Part shown: one piece after another, positions 59,434 through 64,000 of the stretch
Layout of the letters: the number at the start of each line of letters is the position of its first letter
Position numbering within the stretch: position 1 is the stretch's first letter
Assembly: GCA_964016885.1 (NCBI GenBank)
Contig: OZ024749.1
Span: 23,870,001-23,934,000 of the forward strand
DNA from: Eledone cirrhosa
Taxonomy: Eukaryota
DNA length: 64,000 nt
Reading direction: 5' to 3'
Made by a program: the position numbers and the translations under genes
The notes under the pieces: generated by a model
Databases searched by the model: none
The model's input: the letters and a program-made list of their open reading frames with translations, nothing else
What the model was told of the DNA's origin: nothing

Positions 59434-60490
59434 AATCATTTCACCATCACCATCATCATCATCATCATCATAATCATTTCATCATTATCCTCATGATCAT
59501 GATCATGATCATGATCATCATCATAATCCTTTGATCATCATAACCATTATCATCATTACCATCATCATCATCATCATCATCATCATAATAATCATTTCAT
59601 CATTATCCTCATCACCATCATCATCATCACCATCATCATAATCCTTTGATCATCATAACCATCATCATCATCACCATTATCATCATCACCATCATCATAA
59701 TCCTTTCATCCTCATAACCATCATCATCATAACCGTCATCATCATGTTCTTTCCATCATGATAACCATTATCATCATAAGTCTTTCAACGTTAAAACCAT
59801 CATCATCATCATCATCATCGTCATTGTCATCTTCTTCATTACCATCATCATCAAACTCACCAACTCCACCAGCATGACCCGAACAATATCTCATATATCA
59901 CCATTACCACAACTGTCACCATCACCACCCCCAACATCAACAGCACTATCACCACCACAATCACCTATAACAACACCAGCACAACCACCACCACCAACAA
60001 CAACACGACAACCAACATCACCTTTACCAACACCCTCACCACCACCACCACTACCACCACCACCACCTCCACAACCGTCAACAGCTCCACAACCGTCAAC
60101 AGCCACACTACCACCAACACTAGCACCAGCACCACCAGCAACAACACCACCAACATCACCATCATCTTCACCAACAGCAATATCACCACCACTACCACCA
60201 ACACCACCACCACCATTATCAGCACGCTCACCACCACCACCGCTTCCACCAACAGCCACACCGCCACCAGCACTAGCACCACCACCACCACCACCACCAA
60301 CCTCTCCACCACCACCATCACCGCAACCACCAACAGCCACACCGCCACCAGCACTAGCACCAGCATCACCAGCACCACCAGCAACAACACCACCACCACC
60401 AACAGCCACACCGCTATCAACACCACCACCACCACCCTCACCACCACCCTCACCATCACCACCAGCAACCTCACCACCGCCGCCGCCACG
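59150..60490. repeat. (CAT)n tract grading into a (CCA)n-rich tract
   Basis: Direct reading. Confidence 0.9.
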
Positions 60491-60567
60491 ACATTATTAG
60501 ATTTGGTAGGAATTAATGTTGAAATATTGCTCCTCTCATTCTTCAATAATATTATTTATTCAGACAA

Positions 60568-60758
60568 GGGCGGTGGATTGGCAGTATCGGAAGAGGGTCG
60601 GACGCCATGCTTTACAGCATAGTTACGTCCCTTTACGATCTGAGTTCAAATCCCGCCGAGGTTGACTTTGCCTTTCATCCTTACGGGGTCGATAAAATAA
60701 AGTACCAGTAATGCACTGGTTAATTGCTGGCCTTGTGCCAAAAGTAGAAACAATTATA
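60568..60758 (+). mobile_element. tRNA-derived SINE, full length
   Basis: ggcggtggattggcagtatcgg (A box), gagttcaaatcc (B box), 3' gtagaaacaatta; target-site duplication tattcagacaa (60557-60567 and 60759-60769). Confidence 0.9.
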
Positions 60759-60819
60759 TATTCAGACAACTTTTACACTCAATTATAATTTTCAGAAAAT
60801 AATACATCTCTCATACCCC

Positions 60820-60821
60820 CC

Positions 60822-60893
<72 letters not shown>

Positions 60894-61736
60894 GTCTCTC
60901 TCTTTCATACTGTCTCTCTCTCTCTCATCCTCTCTCTGTATCTCTCCCTCAACCACCCTCTTCCTGTCTCTCTCTCTCATCCTTTCTCTCACTGTCTCTC
61001 TTACTCATCCCCTCTCTCGTTGTCTCTCTCTCACTCTCTCTTTCTTTCTCACATTCCCCGACTCTTTCTCTATCACTCTCTCTCTCTCTCCCTCTCTCTC
61101 TGCCTGCCTCATTCTCTATCTGTCTCTTTCTCTCTCTGTCTGTCTCTCACTCTCATTCACCGTCTTTCTATCTCTCTCATCCCCAGGTCTCTCTTTCTCT
61201 CCCCCCTCTCTCTATCTCTCTCTCTCATCCTTTCTCTCGCACTTTCATCACCCTTACTCACCCACCACATTCTTTCTCTTTCTCTCTGATCTTCGGAGAT
61301 TAGCACAAATTTTAATATATAACGACCACAACAACAACAAACAATAAAGAGAGTAACAATACTAATTATGATAATACTACTATTACTACTAATAATAATA
61401 ATACCAATCATGATTATAATAGAAACAACAACAACAGTAGTAATAATAGTAGAAGTAGTAGTAGCAGTAGTGTTTGCGGTGTTGTTGTTGCTGGTACTAC
61501 TAATACTACTACTACTAATACTACTACTACTACTACTTCTGCTACTAGTAATAGTATTTGGTGTTGTTGTTGTTGCTGCTGTAGTTGACGCTGTGGTGTT
61601 TGTTAATAATGGTAAAAATGTAACAATAAAAAAAGCAACTAATAATAAATATAATGAGGTCATTTAAAATGGTAATCATATATAGAACAACAACAAGAAT
61701 AGAAAAGACAACAACTACAACAAAAACAATAATAGA

Positions 61737-61777
<41 letters not shown>

Positions 61778-61860
61778 GAGGAATATTTATAATAAGAGTA
61801 GCAACAACAACAACAACACATCAATAACAATAATGATGATAATAATAAGAAAAAGAAAAA
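60820..61860. repeat. CT-rich tract followed by mixed AAT/ACT/GTT/AAC triplet tract
   Basis: Direct reading. Confidence 0.85.
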
Positions 61861-61892
61861 AAAAGAAGAATGATAGTACTGACAATAATAAT

Positions 61893-62180
61893 TGTTTCTA
61901 TTTTTGGGACATGGCCAGCTATTTCCTCAGCGCATTACTGGTACTTTATTTTATCAACACCAGTAGGGATGAAAGTCAAAGTTTACCTCGGTGGGATTTG
62001 AACTCAGACTATAAAGGGCCGTAACTCTGTGCTGCAAAGCATGGCGTCCGACCCTCTACCGATACTGCCAAGTACTGACAATAATAATAATAATTGTTTC
62101 TGCTTTTGGCACAAGGTCAGCTATTACTCAAGTGTATAACTGGTACTTTCTTTTATCGAGCCCGTAAGGATGAAAGGCAT
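61893..62180 (-). mobile_element. Two tRNA-SINE copies (61893-62070 nearly full; 62092-62180 3' half)
   Basis: First copy flanked by the duplication agtactgacaataataat (61875-61892 and 62071-62088). Confidence 0.85.
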
Positions 62181-62184
62181 CAAC

Positions 62185-62249
<65 letters not shown>

Positions 62250-62253
<4 letters not shown>

Positions 62254-63090
62254 TCCCTTCATAGTACCTTCTTTGAGAAAACTGAATTCAGAGATCCACA
62301 AACATGGAATTGATTGAAAAGAGGAGACCTTAAAAAGGCTACAGAAGGAATGCTAATGGCTGCGCAAGAGTAGGCCCTCAAAACGAAGTGGTTGAAACAC
62401 CATATTTACAAGGAGGAGGCTAGCCCACTGTGCAGGATCTGTGGAGAGAGAGAAAGAAGACTGTGGCTCACATTGTATCCGAGTGCAAACACCTAGCCCA
62501 GACTCACTATAAGGGCTGGAGACATTATGTGATGGGCAGGGTGATCCACTGGCACCTATGCAAAGTAAACAATTTACCACATTCTGAGAAGTGGTATGAG
62601 CATAATCCAGAGTCGGTGATAGAAAACAATCAGTTGAAGGTGCTGTGGGATTTTAGGATACAGACAGACAAGAAACTGGAACACAATAGACCTGACCTGG
62701 TGGTTTTGGACAAAGAAAAAAGATCGTGCCTGATTGTGGATGTGGCCTGCCCATTCGACACGAGAGTGCAAGAGAAGACGAGGGCGAAAATTAACCGATA
62801 CCAGGACTTAAAGTGGGAGGTAAAAAGGATTTGGAACTGCCATGAAGTCAAATTGGTCCCGATTGTCATAGGCGCCTAGGTACTATCTCAAAAAGTTTCC
62901 AGGGATGTTTAAAGAAAATTGGCCCCGCCACGCTTTATGGAACGCTTCAAAAGGCATGCTTGCTGGGAACAGCAAGAACCCTCCGATACGTCCTGAATAT
63001 CTGAGGCTGCAGGTAGTGGCTTGATATTCATTTCAACAAACTTTCCAGTTAACTAACATCAATGACTGAGACTCAAAGAACAATAATTAT
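62250..63090 (+). mobile_element. R4/Dong-like non-LTR retrotransposon 3' end (CCHC knuckle + restriction-like endonuclease), decayed
   Basis: TEGMLMAAQE, CRIC...TVAHIVSEC, RH, LWDFRIQTD, NRPDLVV, IVDVACP, K..RYQDL, PIVIGA, LQKACLLGT; stops and a frameshift; abuts (AAT)n, the known Dong-type target. Confidence 0.9.
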
Positions 63091-63224
63091 AACAAGTGTT
63101 GCAACAATAATAAGAACAACAAAAATTAATACAGAAACAACAATAATAATATACAGATGATGTAACTGTTAATGTTATTAATAACAACACTAAGAAGAAA
63201 CGTGAAAGATTATTTCCCTTATTA

Positions 63225-63600
63225 CACCATCACAACCAGCTCTCGCCATCCTAAGACCACCACCACCACCACCTCTCTCCATACCACCACCACCACCACC
63301 ACCACCTCTCTCCATCCCAGCACCATCACAACCAGCTCTCGCCATCCTAAGACCACCACCACCACCACCTCTCTCCATCCCAGCACCACCACCACCACTC
63401 TCTCCATCCTAAGACCACCGCTACCTCTCTCCATCCCAGCACCACCACAACCACCTCTCTCCATCCTAGGACCACCACCACCACTCTCGCCATCCCAGCA
63501 CCACCACCTCTCTCCATCCTAGGAGCACCACCACGACCACCAAAACATCTCTCCTTCCTAGGACCACCACCACCACCACTCTCTCCATCCCAGCACCACC
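63225..63600. repeat. About 30-bp minisatellite (ccaccaccacctctctccatcc-cagca/taaga)
   Basis: About a dozen variable units with higher-order duplication; followed by a CCA/CAA tract to the window end. Confidence 0.85.
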
Positions 63601-64000
63601 ACTCCCACTATCTGCAGTTCCATCTCCAACACAACCACCATCTACATCACCAACACCACAACCAACACAATCATCATCTACACCACTACCAACACCAACA
63701 ATAACAACATCATCATCAGCACCACGAACACCACCGCCAACACCACTACCCCTTACACCACCACCAACACCACCACCAACAACAGCAACACAACCACCAC
63801 CACCACCACCACCACCACCACCCTCTACACCACCACCAACACCACCACCAACAACAGCAACACAACCACCACCACCACCACCACCCTCTACACCACCACC
63901 ACCCTCTACACCACCGCCAACACAACCGACCTCTACAACACCAACACAACCGCATCACAAGCAACAAACATCAATAATTTACTACTACTACTACTACCAC

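Noticed and set aside
59874-60500. 208-aa proline-rich, extensin-like ORF
   Set aside because: Lies in a (CCA)n tract with open frames on both strands; no domain or splice evidence
60568-60665. tRNA gene
   Set aside because: A/B boxes continue into a conserved SINE body with a target-site duplication; no cloverleaf

Overview
AT-rich, repeat-saturated eukaryotic DNA with no host protein-coding gene I can confidently identify. The tRNA-derived SINE and the CR1/RTE types resemble those of octopod cephalopods (inference). Most track ORFs are (TA)n/(CA)n/triplet-repeat artefacts. Real content: (i) at least seven 5'-truncated Penelope-like elements (PLEs; RT and/or C-terminal GIY-YIG remnants), five with an intact or degenerate CxC-x5-C-x5-C linker, several with inverted pseudo-LTRs, mostly embedded in (TA)n; (ii) RTE, CR1-group and R4/Dong-like LINE fragments, bipartite RTE-derived non-autonomous elements and about nine tRNA-SINEs; (iii) roughly 40 type I hammerhead-ribozyme (HHR)-like motifs found by eye. 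The main discovery candidate is a non-coding retrozyme-like family with 530-555 bp monomers and one HHR per monomer. It forms three tandem or head-to-head clusters with compensatory stem changes between subfamilies and shared (TA)n-anchored ends. Two further HHR-bearing, terminally redundant units (431 and 591 bp) and palindromes that fold back at HHR stem II also occur. Coordinates were read manually and may be off by a few bases.
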